Below are positions 1 to 10,644 of a DNA stretch of 64,000 bases, piece by piece. Under the pieces are notes generated by a model that was not told where the DNA came from, did not search any database, and saw only the letters and a list, made by a program, of their open reading frames with translations. The stretch is from a virus (Duplodnaviria; Caudoviricetes): IMG/VR virus record IMGVR_UViG_3300036845_000049, positions 1,816-65,815 of that record, one strand, 5' to 3'. The stretch's first letter is position 1. Each line of letters starts with the position of its first letter. The position numbers were made by a program, and so were the translations under genes.

Positions 1-2646
1 AGCCATGCGTTGGGCTTGTCGTTCTGCATCGGTTGGACCGGCAAGAGAAACGTGTTCTTCCTCTCCCCCTGCCGCTGCGTGTTCGGTCGGCGTTTCTTCG
101 TAGGCCGCCTCTGCGCGTGCTTCTTCTGGCGCTTCTTGCGGCTTGCCTTCTTCATCAACCGCTCCACCTTTAGCACGTACGCCCTCCGCGCCCCCCTCCA
201 ACCCAACCGATCCTGTGCCAAGCGCGCCCTCGTTACGGCGCACGGCGAACGCCTCTTGCCCACGGCCAGTATCGATCAGGTGTTCGCGATCTAGGAACCG
301 TGCGTAGGCTTCTGGCTTGGGGTACTTAGTTGCAGTCAGGTCCGCCGCTTCCCTGAGTTTTAGCATCGCGTCGTTATGAGGGTGCCCCTCGGGGAACGTA
401 TCGGGAATTTTAATGCCCGCCGCCTTCGCCTCGTTAACCATCGCCTTGGCGCGACTATATTCGTCATTGCGCCAATTGGGAGTAGGTTCTTGACGCGGAT
501 ACTTGTCTACAATCCGCTGCGCGCCTATGTTATCGTTGGCGACCTTCGCCTGATCGACTTTCGCTGTATGGACCCGGCCCTTAACGCCAGCCTCTTGCGC
601 TGCTGCGGCTTGTTTAGCAGCTTCCTTCGCCCTAAGCTGATCCTGCACGGAGCGCGCAGCCTGCGCCTCTTGGAATGCAGCCTCGTTTCGCGCACGAACG
701 CTCGCTTCATCCTGCGCCTCTAGGATACGCCCGGTTGGTGGGGCCGCCTTACCCAGTGGGTTAGCAACCTCCGGTTGTACAACCTGACGAGGTTGTGCAA
801 TCTCTGCTTGTCTAGCCGCTACAACGTCCTCCGGGCGCTCCACGCTGACCACGTTGCCGGGGGTCTTGCTAGCCTCTAGGTCCGCGACTTGGGCCGGGGC
901 AGTCGTCTCTGTGCCCGCCGCCGCCTTGGCTTCGGCCCCGGCTGGGGTGCGCTCGGTCACTGCTACAGGCGTCTCGCCCTCTGCAACCCTGGATAGCGCT
1001 TCATCCTTGGACACAGGGCCAAGTTGCAAGGCTTCGTTAAGCCGGTCGGTTTTGGCGTAATCCCGTATCTTGGCTACACTCAGACCGCTCGGCCCATTCT
1101 TGTCGAATTGAACGATGCGCCCATCAGGGAGCTTGACCTGCCCAAACGCCTTTTTATCAACAATATCAATAGGTTGCGACCCTTTCGGGTAGACCATCGC
1201 CTCCCGTGAGTTGCCCGGATCGAGCAGCGCGGCGTGCTGAGCGGCCAACGTCTCGGGAGTTTCCGGTACGACCGCCCCCACATCCTCGCGAGGCGGGGCA
1301 GGGACCGGGGTAGGACCGACTTCCGTGGGTGGCTGGGGGGGTGATGGCTCCCCGGTTGTATCGCCTGCTGGCGGTGCCTCCCTGCCCGTTTCTGAAGGGG
1401 GTGGGGTAGGTTGTACAACCGGAGGTTGTTCTACAGAGGGAGTTGGTGGTTCACTTACCCTCGGGGTAACTGGCTCGGGATTTAGAGCCGACGTTTCAGC
1501 AGGGCCAACCCCTTTATTCTCAGCCGTTGGGGGCGGTGGGCTAGTGTCAACCACTGGCGTTGCGGTAGCGGTCTTAGTTCCGGGCGCATCTGGGTCCAGT
1601 GAATATCCGCCAGTTGTGCTGCCCGACACACCCGACTTTTGCGTCATATCAACAGGCTTGCGGTAGTTCCGATCTGATCGTGTCGGCTCGGCGCTTACAC
1701 CGCCCTCAGGCAGGCGTGTCTTACCATGGAATGCACCACCTGCCAAGCCGACACCCGCGCCGAATAGCCCTTGCCCGACACCAGCGGTTAATAACTCATC
1801 GGGGGTTGCTTCCTCGCCTATCCCTTCTTTTGCCTGCTCATGGCCAGTGACGGCGGTTTGCACCGCCCCCAGCGGACCCATCTCTGCCGCGCCACGACCG
1901 GCACCAACAACGGCGTTCGCCCCCCTGCCAGTTACTCTACGGGTAAGGAAGTTGCTGCCGCCCAGCGCCGCATCTTCGGCGGGGCCAACACCCAACTTCG
2001 CGATACCGGTAAGCTCTACGCCGCCAGCCGCACCAAGCGCGCCGCCTATGAGCGCGGACGGGACGCCGACATTGAGCGCTGTGTCTTGCCCCAATTTAGT
2101 CTTAGCTTGTTCCTCAGTCATCCCCGACTGACGGTAATCCCGGTAGGTCGGGTTCTTATCCATCAGATCGATATCGTTGGTATTTTGGATCGCTTCCTTG
2201 TTCTCGCTAATGGCGCTGCCGCCACTGATCGCCGCGCCTGCGGCTGCGGACAGGGGTAGCCCAACTCCCGGTATGAGCGCGGGAGCAACCATTGCCGCCG
2301 TAGGGGCCGCTTGCTCTGCGATATAGACCGGCCAAGTCTGCTCGGCACCCGGCGTCATCGCCCCACGGCTCGCCGTCGCCGACTGCCGCTCGGCTTCTGC
2401 TTCCTCGGTCTGTCCAGTGACTTCGGCTAGGGGTGCGCCAACGCCGCCATGGAAACCCGCCGCCAGACCATGACCGATATCGGCTGCGTGCCAGTCTGGC
2501 GCATGGGTATATGGAGTATATCCACCACTCTCCCCCGTGCCGAAAGACCCAACCAACGGGTCATCGGTAGACGACGCGGCGACGCTCGTATCCGTGGCAC
2601 CGCCGAAGTGCCCAACTAGCGGATCATCTGTTTGCAGATCAGCCAT
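1..2646 (-). CDS. Giant virion/ejection-type protein, N-terminal part (runs off left end; absent from ORF track)
   Basis: ATG at 2646 overlaps the stop of the 2048-aa gene. The segments I translated (MADLQTDDPLVGHFGG... and ...ERQAQRMA at base 1) are in the same frame, and the ORF track shows no stop-terminated ORF in this frame. Confidence 0.8.
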   Translation of the reverse strand, partial: MADLQTDDPLVGHFGGATDTSVAASSTDDPLVGSFGTGESGGYTPYTHAPDWHAADIGHGLAAGFHGGVGAPLAEVTGQTEEAEAERQSATASRGAMTPGAEQTWPVYIAEQAAPTAAMVAPALIPGVGLPLSAAAGAAISGGSAISENKEAIQNTNDIDLMDKNPTYRDYRQSGMTEEQAKTKLGQDTALNVGVPSALIGGALGAAGGVELTGIAKLGVGPAEDAALGGSNFLTRRVTGRGANAVVGAGRGAAEMGPLGAVQTAVTGHEQAKEGIGEEATPDELLTAGVGQGLFGAGVGLAGGAFHGKTRLPEGGVSAEPTRSDRNYRKPVDMTQKSGVSGSTTGGYSLDPDAPGTKTATATPVVDTSPPPPTAENKGVGPAETSALNPEPVTPRVSEPPTPSVEQPPVVQPTPPPSETGREAPPAGDTTGEPSPPQPPTEVGPTPVPAPPREDVGAVVPETPETLAAQHAALLDPGNSREAMVYPKGSQPIDIVDKKAFGQVKLPDGRIVQFDKNGPSGLSVAKIRDYAKTDRLNEALQLGPVSKDEALSRVAEGETPVAVTERTPAGAEAKAAAGTETTAPAQVADLEASKTPGNVVSVERPEDVVAARQAEIAQPRQVVQPEVANPLGKAAPPTGRILEAQDEASVRARNEAAFQEAQAARSVQDQLRAKEAAKQAAAAQEAGVKGRVHTAKVDQAKVANDNIGAQRIVDKYPRQEPTPNWRNDEYSRAKAMVNEAKAAGIKIPDTFPEGHPHNDAMLKLREAADLTATKYPKPEAYARFLDREHLIDTGRGQEAFAVRRNEGALGTGSVGLEGGAEGVRAKGGAVDEEGKPQEAPEEARAEAAYEETPTEHAAAGGEEEHVSLAGPTDAERQAQRMA

Positions 2647-5600
2647 AACGTTGCATCGGACTTGATGGTATTGCCCCGCCCCGCTGCCAGCCTAAAGCTT
2701 TAGAGATGGGCGTTCCTGCGGACTGCCCAGCGTTATCTGGAATAGGGGGACGGTAAGGATTATTCGCCACAGCCGCCGTATCGGCTTGGTTGCGAGTTGC
2801 TAACGTAGCTTTCGCCCTTTGCATATTGAGAACATTAGCCCAGTCATTCCTTGGTAAGACAACCGTCTCGCGTGATCCATCGCTAGGACGAGTAATCGTC
2901 ACTGCATAGCGCGGACCATAGCCATCCTCTGGCACGGCGGCAGTTGTCGCCGTATAAGAGTTAAGCACGAAACCGCGCAACGCATCAGCAATAGCTGCTG
3001 GTTCCGCATCGTGAGTATAGCGATACCCATTAACCAACGCGTTGTCCATAACCATGCGTTGGTTCCGGTCGCCAAACTCACTGTTGTAATGGTCATCACG
3101 GAATTTCTGATCAGGGTTAACAGTCCCGTCAGGCATCGTTGAGGCTTGATCCTTATAAAAGTCTGCGGGTTGCTTACCCGTAATTTTACCATTCGCGTCA
3201 GTTTGCGTCGAGAACGTTCGTTGTACATCCGTATCAGGGCGCGGCGCACGCGCAGCGTGTTCTTCCGCCGTCTTGACAGCGAGCGCCTTGGCGTCGGTAT
3301 CATACTGCATACGTTTATCCGCTTCACCCTGCGTAAACGCCTCGCGTTTATTGGTTTGTTCTTGTGTAAACGTTTCGCGTTTGTTAGTCTGACCCTCAGT
3401 GAACTCCCTCCCCGCTTGGTCACGTAGGGTCTGGAACTGCTTGCTGCGAATGTCTCTGTTATCGGCTATATCCTTATTCATTGCGTCTTGGGCGCGTTTA
3501 GCCTTATCGTTGTACTGCGCCAGCGGACCCTTCTCGTAGGCTTGTATCGCTTGCGTTTGCTCCTGCCTACTCAGTCCTTGCAAATTCGGTGGGGCTGGGC
3601 GTGCCCAGTCCTGTCCATCAATATGAATGTAACCCTCCGGAGTCTGATACCGAGAGCGTATTGTCGCTGCATCGCTAGCGTTCGTTTGCTGTTCCTGATT
3701 GTTTATCCTCGCCGCAATGCTATCGAAGCTAACATCCTGCCCATCAGGGGTAGGGGCGGTGGGGTTGGGCCGGTCGGCGGGACTAGGTGGCGGCGGTAGC
3801 CCCCCACCATGTCCAGTCGGACCTTTACCCCCTGCCCCAGTAGGCGCAGTACCGTCGGCGGTTGGCGCAGCGCTAGCGCTATCTGGTGATGCTGACGCAG
3901 TTGCGGACGCAGTTGCGGACGCTGGTGTAGGTGTTGGCGCAGTTGCAGAACTAGCTGGGGTTTCTGTTGGTGATTGATCTGTTTTACCCACGCGGGTAAC
4001 TGGCTGCAACTCGTTACCGCCAACAGCATTTGCCACCCGCGTCTCACTAGCAGTCTGCGCGTCCTCTTTACCTTGAGCAATTACATTCTTCTGTCGGTTC
4101 GTCGCCATGTCCCTGAATGTTGGGTCGTATTTGCCCGCCTGTTCCTCCAACGCGTCCCACTGCATCTGCCCAGTGCGGCCACGGTTAGTCGCATATTGGA
4201 GTATCGCCGCTGCCGAACCTTTATGTTGCCATAGCACACGCCCATCCATGCCCTTGGCTTCCACTATCGCAGTGCCATCATCATTCAAGTGGACATGGGT
4301 CTGCCGCCCATCCGGCACTGCATCAGAGGCGTGGTTGATATTATCCACGGCCCCTTTCAAATTGCCATCATATAATTGTTTAGCAGCTTCTTCGGCAAAC
4401 TTCTGCGAGGTCTGCACCGAATATTGCAGAATACTAGCAGCCATTCGGCCTGCACCCTCACTGTTACCTTGGCTGAGCATATACCGATAAGTACCCTCCA
4501 TCACTGCAATCTGCCGCTCAGCATCATTAAGCGAGTGGTTAGGATCAATCGTATTGGCTATCTCGTTATGAATACTAGCGTCCATATCGCCAACATTTTT
4601 CCCCTGCACAAACCCCTGCCGGTTCCCCTGCGTCTGTGGATCACGAGCGATAGCCGGTGCGGCCTGCGCCCCACCAATACCAAGGTGATCCCCTAGCCAA
4701 TGAAGTCCATCACCAATCGCGCTAATCAAACCCTTCGATGGGTTGCCCTGCCCGTCACTAATCTCAGGCGTAATTGGCGAAACACTGGATGGACCGGCTT
4801 GACTGGGCGCAGGTGTTTGGTAGTCCGCCGGAGTGTAGTATCCATCTTGAGCCATTGATGGCGGTGCATTCGCCGCTGCGTCACGTTGATCTAGCAGCGC
4901 AGTCGTCATCTGGTCGTCGCCAGCCGTCTGCCTTTCCTCACTATAATCGGGAGCCGTATCACCAGCAGATACGTCACCGCCATCATCGAACGCAACCGAT
5001 CCGCCCCTAGCCATCGGCAGGGAGGGGATTGCCCCTGCGCCGAAAGTTGGCGCTGACGTTTGGCTGACGCCCTTGCCCACGGGTGCGCCTGCGGCTGCAT
5101 AGGTCGCCGGGTTGTAGTATATGGGAGGGATCGCGCCGCCGCCAGTTGCACCGGGGGGGGCGCCAGCCACGGAGGGGCTAACCCCGCCGCCATCGTCGTA
5201 TCGGTTTACCCTGCGGGTAATTGGGCCGCCCTTGCGAGACAGGATTTGGGTGGTTTGATCTTTTGGGTCAGTGCTATAGTTCGTACTGCCGGAACTATCG
5301 GTGGCAGACCCAGTGCCAGTCGTGGCGATATTATTGGGGTCATAGGTCTTAGCCAGTGTGCCGGTTGTCGGCACGCCGGGAATGCCAGTCGTCGTAGTGC
5401 TGGTCGGGTCAATACCAGTTATATCCACCTGAGGGGTGGTGATAGTCTGCGCCGAGGCACCGGGTTCGTTAAGAGGCGTAGGCGCGGCAGGCGTGGTAGT
5501 AGGCCAAACGGCATTGGGCATCAGCGAAAGCTGGCTAGCCGGATAAGTTGGATTAATCCCTTGAGCGTTTAGCGCAGCCGTTCCTTGGTTCGTTCCAGCC

Positions 5601-8600
5601 CAAGCTTTACTTTGTTGGTCAGCCCATGCTTGCTGATTGGGCGCAAGTTGGGCGTAGGGCGTACCCATCCACCCGCCGGTCGCCGTAGGCCCGTTGTAGG
5701 TGCCCCCCCAAATCGCGTTCATTACCGCTGTAGCGCCAGCGGGGTTAGTCGTCAATCCACCACCGGTGGCAAACGCAGTCGCAGGAATAGCCCCACCAGC
5801 GGCGAACCGCTTGATCGGCCCACCCTTGCGGGACAGGATTTGCTTCGTGGTGTCCTTATCGTCAACACTATAATTCGTACTACCTGAACTATCGGTGGCG
5901 GACCCACTGCCGGTCGTGCCGATCACGTTGGGGTCGTACGAGTTCGCCGTAATGACGTTCGATACACCGGGGGTGCCGGTCGTCGTAGTCGAAGTCGGGT
6001 CCGTCACCGTCGTACTAGTGGGATAATTCGTGATGTTCTGCACCGATGGCGGGTTGACGATTGTCGGCGAAGGCGTAGCCGCCGCAGGCGCAGCCGCCGC
6101 CGCAGCCGCTGGCGTAGTGGGGTAAGAAGCTGGGTTGTAGTACCAACTCGCCCTCCCCCCTCCCGCTATCTCGTTAGCGTTTTGTTCGTTATACCATTGT
6201 TGCTGGGCTGGCGTGAGCGCGTTGATATCAGCGGTTGTTCCCGGCCCACTCATAGTGGCAGCAAGCCCACCAGTGGACGTTGGCTGGGCCGCAAGCCATT
6301 GCGCCGAGTTCCAAGGCTGATACCCTAGTTGCGAGTTCGCATATGCGCCTACACTAGATAACCCACCCATCGACGGCTGTACCGTCGTAGGCGCAGGACT
6401 TCCCACCGGCCCTTGGTATGTCGTATAGGGGGTAGGCGAAGTGGTCGGTTGCCAACTGGTAAGCTGCACGCCGCCAGCGCCAGCATAAGCCATTGTCGGG
6501 CGAGAAGGGAGCGCCCCACCCTTGGCAAGACTTACCCGCTGGGTAATTGGGCCACCCTTCGCCGCGCCAAGCTGCATACCCAGCGTCATATCGTCCATAT
6601 TGGGCGCACCCACCGCGAAGTCTTGGTCATCCGGTCGGCGCATAGCCACCGGAGGAGGCGGGGGTGCTGGCGTTGGCGCAGCTTGCGACACTGGTGGGTT
6701 CGGCCCCCACAAGTGAGAAAGATCAATCGCCGTCATCTGCCTAGGCTGACCGCGAACATTTGGACCTTGGTTAGGCGCATCGATCTGAACAAAACGCGGG
6801 TCTTGTGCTGGCGTGGCGGGGATTGCACGCGTTGCGCTTACCGGCGTTGCATCGGGTGATGGTTTATTGGCTTCCACTGAAGGAGAACGTGCGGTCAGAT
6901 CGGGCCGCGCGCCATCGTCCGCTCGTGTTGCCGGACCCATTGGCAACGTCGTACGCCCACCACCTTCCGGCCCCATCTGTGGGGTTGGAGGCTCAGGCAC
7001 CGACGATGGTGTTGGGCCAACGTTAGGCGGTGCGCCCGTGCGTTGTGGCGGCCCCATTACTGGCCGGTCAGGCACGGACGAGGGCGTCATGCCGACGTTG
7101 GGCGGCGCGCCCGTACGTTGCGGCGGCCCTAAATCAGGCCGCTCCGGTATCCCTAGCTGACGACCGCGTGCAGCAATCGATGGCTCATTGCCCAACGTAC
7201 TGTCGTCAATCGGTGCAGCTTCGACCGGAACGCGGGTGTCACTTTGATCGCTAGTGTTCCGCTGCATGTCGCGAGCGCGCGCCGCTATCGATGTTTCATT
7301 GAACGGCGTATCGTCAGTATCGGAAGGCTTAGCGTCGGGTGCTGCACGATGCTCCGCTAATGTTCTTGCCGCCTTCTCTGCGCCTGCCTCAGTAACACCA
7401 TCCGCAGGTCCCGCCACTTGATAGGGGGTATGCAAAACTGGTGGCCCTTCGGGAGCCGCTTGAGCAACTTTATCCTTATTCGGTCCTTTCGTTGGTGTCT
7501 TAGCCGTCGTCGTGGGGGAGGCCAATTCAAAGTGCGGCTTATCCGGGTGCCGCCAGTCATCACCCGCGTTAAGTTTGACGCCTTCTTCCTTGGCGGCGGT
7601 TTTAATCGCGGCGGTGACCTTCGACTGCGCGGCGGGATCGAATGTAACCCGGTTATTACCATCAAGCGCCCATAAGTCGGCAGCGTTGCCCTTCATATGA
7701 ACAGACGCGTCCCCGCCATCCTTAGAGCCGACTTGTGACCACCCTACGCTCTTAGCCCAGTCCTGATCGACAGCGGAGCGCTTGCCATTACCCAGCACGA
7801 ACTTCAAGTCTGGGTTATCAGCGCGAGCGCGGGCGATAACCTTCTGCATATCGGGATTGATCTGCTTGAGGTTCGCCGCCTCATTGCCGACTGGATCGGG
7901 GTTCCAGCGGGTAAACATTGGTAGTTGATCACGGCCCTTGTCATCCTTGACAGGGATGTTGGCGTAGACGCCATTCGGGCCAGTGTTTGCGCCACCGCCC
8001 TTATCAACTGTTTGTTGGTAACCATCAGTGTTCATCGTAGCAGATTTCACTGATGGCGAAGCGGCGGCGGTGCGCGTAGCTGTGTCGCCGCCATGCACCG
8101 TCGCATACACGCTAGACGTGGGTGTACTGTTCAGTAATACGTCACTGCGCCCACCGCTCTCCTTATAGCCCCCGGCGCGCTCGAAATGCATCGCCGCGTA
8201 AGAGCCTTCCTCTGGTGACGCGGCGTTCTTAAATTGCTCCTTCGCCCGCGCCTGTTCAGGCGCATCCAAATCTGCGCCAGCGTAATATTTCAATTGATCG
8301 TCAAAGTTGGTATTGCCCGCAATCGGCGTCTTTCGGTCCCCCAACCATTGGGCGATGCCGAATGCTTTTGAGCTTGGGTTGACCGAAGTCGGCCCATCCG
8401 GTGCTTCCCGCGTCATACGCGCAACCGCACCCGCCGCGCCATACTCGGAAAACTTGCCGCTGTCCATTAAAACATTATAGGCATGCTGTTGGTTTTCCGG
8501 CGTCCAGAATTTACCCGATACTCCACCGCCATAACCGCCACCACCACCACCACCACCACTGCCGCCCTTATCCCAATCCCTCCCTGCTGCCTGCCCAGCA

Positions 8601-8785
8601 GCAATCTCTGCGGGGGTCAGTCCTTTGTTACGCCCAAGCCCACGGTTTGCCCATAATGCTTCCTGCGCAGCGTAATGTTTATTCAGCGCGTCATAATGCT
8701 GCTGCATTAGATACAGCTTCATCATCTCAGTAAATGACTTCGCGAAGCCGCCCGCGAATGCCCCAAAATGCTTGCTGTTAGCCAT
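2639..8785 (-). CDS. Large internal virion (ejection) protein with phage tail lysozyme-like and M15-type peptidase domains
   Basis: 2048 aa. FGIAQW/DQL/FER lysozyme-like motifs near the N-terminus; SVH..AAD..DKPHFEL zinc-peptidase motif; low-complexity P/T/A linkers; late-operon position. Confidence 0.75.
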   Translation of the reverse strand: MANSKHFGAFAGGFAKSFTEMMKLYLMQQHYDALNKHYAAQEALWANRGLGRNKGLTPAEIAAGQAAGRDWDKGGSGGGGGGGGYGGGVSGKFWTPENQQHAYNVLMDSGKFSEYGAAGAVARMTREAPDGPTSVNPSSKAFGIAQWLGDRKTPIAGNTNFDDQLKYYAGADLDAPEQARAKEQFKNAASPEEGSYAAMHFERAGGYKESGGRSDVLLNSTPTSSVYATVHGGDTATRTAAASPSVKSATMNTDGYQQTVDKGGGANTGPNGVYANIPVKDDKGRDQLPMFTRWNPDPVGNEAANLKQINPDMQKVIARARADNPDLKFVLGNGKRSAVDQDWAKSVGWSQVGSKDGGDASVHMKGNAADLWALDGNNRVTFDPAAQSKVTAAIKTAAKEEGVKLNAGDDWRHPDKPHFELASPTTTAKTPTKGPNKDKVAQAAPEGPPVLHTPYQVAGPADGVTEAGAEKAARTLAEHRAAPDAKPSDTDDTPFNETSIAARARDMQRNTSDQSDTRVPVEAAPIDDSTLGNEPSIAARGRQLGIPERPDLGPPQRTGAPPNVGMTPSSVPDRPVMGPPQRTGAPPNVGPTPSSVPEPPTPQMGPEGGGRTTLPMGPATRADDGARPDLTARSPSVEANKPSPDATPVSATRAIPATPAQDPRFVQIDAPNQGPNVRGQPRQMTAIDLSHLWGPNPPVSQAAPTPAPPPPPVAMRRPDDQDFAVGAPNMDDMTLGMQLGAAKGGPITQRVSLAKGGALPSRPTMAYAGAGGVQLTSWQPTTSPTPYTTYQGPVGSPAPTTVQPSMGGLSSVGAYANSQLGYQPWNSAQWLAAQPTSTGGLAATMSGPGTTADINALTPAQQQWYNEQNANEIAGGGRASWYYNPASYPTTPAAAAAAAPAAATPSPTIVNPPSVQNITNYPTSTTVTDPTSTTTTGTPGVSNVITANSYDPNVIGTTGSGSATDSSGSTNYSVDDKDTTKQILSRKGGPIKRFAAGGAIPATAFATGGGLTTNPAGATAVMNAIWGGTYNGPTATGGWMGTPYAQLAPNQQAWADQQSKAWAGTNQGTAALNAQGINPTYPASQLSLMPNAVWPTTTPAAPTPLNEPGASAQTITTPQVDITGIDPTSTTTTGIPGVPTTGTLAKTYDPNNIATTGTGSATDSSGSTNYSTDPKDQTTQILSRKGGPITRRVNRYDDGGGVSPSVAGAPPGATGGGAIPPIYYNPATYAAAGAPVGKGVSQTSAPTFGAGAIPSLPMARGGSVAFDDGGDVSAGDTAPDYSEERQTAGDDQMTTALLDQRDAAANAPPSMAQDGYYTPADYQTPAPSQAGPSSVSPITPEISDGQGNPSKGLISAIGDGLHWLGDHLGIGGAQAAPAIARDPQTQGNRQGFVQGKNVGDMDASIHNEIANTIDPNHSLNDAERQIAVMEGTYRYMLSQGNSEGAGRMAASILQYSVQTSQKFAEEAAKQLYDGNLKGAVDNINHASDAVPDGRQTHVHLNDDGTAIVEAKGMDGRVLWQHKGSAAAILQYATNRGRTGQMQWDALEEQAGKYDPTFRDMATNRQKNVIAQGKEDAQTASETRVANAVGGNELQPVTRVGKTDQSPTETPASSATAPTPTPASATASATASASPDSASAAPTADGTAPTGAGGKGPTGHGGGLPPPPSPADRPNPTAPTPDGQDVSFDSIAARINNQEQQTNASDAATIRSRYQTPEGYIHIDGQDWARPAPPNLQGLSRQEQTQAIQAYEKGPLAQYNDKAKRAQDAMNKDIADNRDIRSKQFQTLRDQAGREFTEGQTNKRETFTQEQTNKREAFTQGEADKRMQYDTDAKALAVKTAEEHAARAPRPDTDVQRTFSTQTDANGKITGKQPADFYKDQASTMPDGTVNPDQKFRDDHYNSEFGDRNQRMVMDNALVNGYRYTHDAEPAAIADALRGFVLNSYTATTAAVPEDGYGPRYAVTITRPSDGSRETVVLPRNDWANVLNMQRAKATLATRNQADTAAVANNPYRPPIPDNAGQSAGTPISKALGWQRGGAIPSSPMQRYG

Positions 8786-8802
8786 CTAACTTACTCTAAG
8801 GG

Positions 8803-10113
8803 TTAACCGGGGTATGCAGGGATAGCGCCGCCCATTGCGTGCGCTGGACGGGATACAAATGATGGATGCTGCGGGATCGCCGCCGTAGGCTCCCCGCCTA
8901 TGTCATTACGCCCTGCAAATTTCTGTTGCTCTTGCCGCGCCTTATCGATCTGCCCTGCAAAATATTGATGACCCTTCCACACCGCTACGTCTTTTGGGAT
9001 CACGAACTCGTGAGCGGTCAGCATCGCAGGCACGTCGTCGGTCGCCACGCCCATGCTTGGTGATGCGTGAATAGGCACGGTGCCCCCCGGTGTCGCCCCT
9101 GCGTCGCCACCACGATTGTATACCTGACGCGGCATCATCGGCGCGGAAGGAATGCCTGTCGCACCGCCGCCCTGATCCGGGGTTTGTTGATACGAAGCCA
9201 TACCCGGCACAGGAGGAAGCGCTGGCCCGCCGTCAGCATACCCAACCGCACCACCCTTAGCGATCCTCATAATCCCCGCGCCAAGCACACTACCCAACGC
9301 TGAGCCTAACCCGCCCATCTCGCCTGCGCCAGCTTCATTGAATGCAGCCTGCGATTGGTTGTACCCATTGACAGCGCCAACATAGCTGTTCATGGCGTTG
9401 GTGCCAGCGTTGAACCACTGGCTAGGGGCCGTCATCGCTTGCGAACCTGTCGATAAATTCCCCTGCGCCGTACTACCCGCACCCGACGCTGCGTTTGCCC
9501 CCGCCGATCCTGCTTGCGTACCAGCGCCAGTCAATGTGCCAACAGAATTGACCAGCCCCCGCCCAGTATTAATCGCGCCGCTCTCCAACTCCATCTGTTG
9601 GGCGCGTAAATTTTGCGCCGCCGTCGTTCCAGCGGCGGCTTCCGCCGCGCCAATCATCGGCTGTGCACCTGTGAACAATGACGCGTAACGCGCAGACCCC
9701 GGATTGATACCATAACCTCTAAGCGTCTCGGCAGCGGTATTAACGCCCTGCATCCCTTGCTCACCAACACTTGCCATGGCTTGCGCACGCGCGGTCGCCA
9801 TCGCCTGCGGCGACGCCCAATTTTGCGCTTGCTCAACGTAATTCGCTTCAAGCGGAGCGTAATATTGCTGATATTCCTGCCACTGTGCTTGGCTCTCAGC
9901 CTGCGATTGCGCCATGCTCGCTTCTTGCTGCTGAGCTAACGCAATCTGTTGCTGCTCGGATTGGTCCATGAGCGGTTGCTCTTGGTTCCAAACCTGCTGG
10001 GTCCACTGCAATTGCTGCTCACCAAGCGCGTACGCCTGATTGGCGGCCTGCGCAGACGCCATTGCCTGCATCATTCCAGACTGGTCGGCGCTACCGCCCT
10101 TATCGCTACCCAT
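8803..10113 (-). CDS. Internal virion/DNA transfer (pilot-like) protein
   Basis: 436 aa, Ala/Gln/Gly-rich helical; YADGG...DDVPAMLTAHEFVIP motif typical of ejection/tape-measure proteins. Confidence 0.65.
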   Translation of the reverse strand: MGSDKGGSADQSGMMQAMASAQAANQAYALGEQQLQWTQQVWNQEQPLMDQSEQQQIALAQQQEASMAQSQAESQAQWQEYQQYYAPLEANYVEQAQNWASPQAMATARAQAMASVGEQGMQGVNTAAETLRGYGINPGSARYASLFTGAQPMIGAAEAAAGTTAAQNLRAQQMELESGAINTGRGLVNSVGTLTGAGTQAGSAGANAASGAGSTAQGNLSTGSQAMTAPSQWFNAGTNAMNSYVGAVNGYNQSQAAFNEAGAGEMGGLGSALGSVLGAGIMRIAKGGAVGYADGGPALPPVPGMASYQQTPDQGGGATGIPSAPMMPRQVYNRGGDAGATPGGTVPIHASPSMGVATDDVPAMLTAHEFVIPKDVAVWKGHQYFAGQIDKARQEQQKFAGRNDIGGEPTAAIPQHPSFVSRPAHAMGGAIPAYPG

Positions 10114-10140
10114 CCAAGTTACTCCGTGGGTAAGTTCCCA

Positions 10141-10644
10141 TCAGTTCATCCACCGTGGATGGTCCCGCTCAAACAGTGTCACTGGCCCAGTCAGATAATC
10201 CGGCGCATATTCAATGAATGGCATTGGCATATTCAGCCATTTACAATCTTGTTTGTACATGCTGATAAGATACATGCCATTAATTCCATCGTCGTAATTG
10301 AATACGTCTTCGGTCAGATACTCAATCTTAAAACCAAGATGAAGATTATTATTTCGTGCCTTCACATTACGCTCGGGCACCAAACCAAATAATTTCTTAA
10401 CCCCTAGTTGTACAAATGGGTAATTGAACGCAAGATACAGGATCGCCTTGTTCACCCAGTTCCGTTGAAAGCCAGCCATATGGATTTGCACAGACCCGCT
10501 CAAGTAATTTGTGAAGATCACGCCACCTGCCAACTTGTCATCTTTATCATACGTCGCGATGCAGTGATGCAATTGGGGCACAAATTCTATCTGCGCCGCA
10601 TGTGCGATAAGTTTGATCGAGTGCACGTCGTTTATTCTAATCAC
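10141..10644 (-). CDS. GNAT-fold acetyltransferase-like virion-associated protein
   Basis: AFNYPFVQLGVKKLFGLVPERN...LGFKIE pattern; syntenic with podovirus GNAT genes preceding ejection proteins. Confidence 0.7.
   Translation of the reverse strand: MIRINDVHSIKLIAHAAQIEFVPQLHHCIATYDKDDKLAGGVIFTNYLSGSVQIHMAGFQRNWVNKAILYLAFNYPFVQLGVKKLFGLVPERNVKARNNNLHLGFKIEYLTEDVFNYDDGINGMYLISMYKQDCKWLNMPMPFIEYAPDYLTGPVTLFERDHPRWMN

Noticed and set aside
10-8733. Numerous plus-strand ORFs opposite the late genes (and minus-strand ORFs such as 38300-39340 opposite early genes)
   Set aside because: Shadow ORFs of GC-rich coding sequence; no RBS or recognisable motifs
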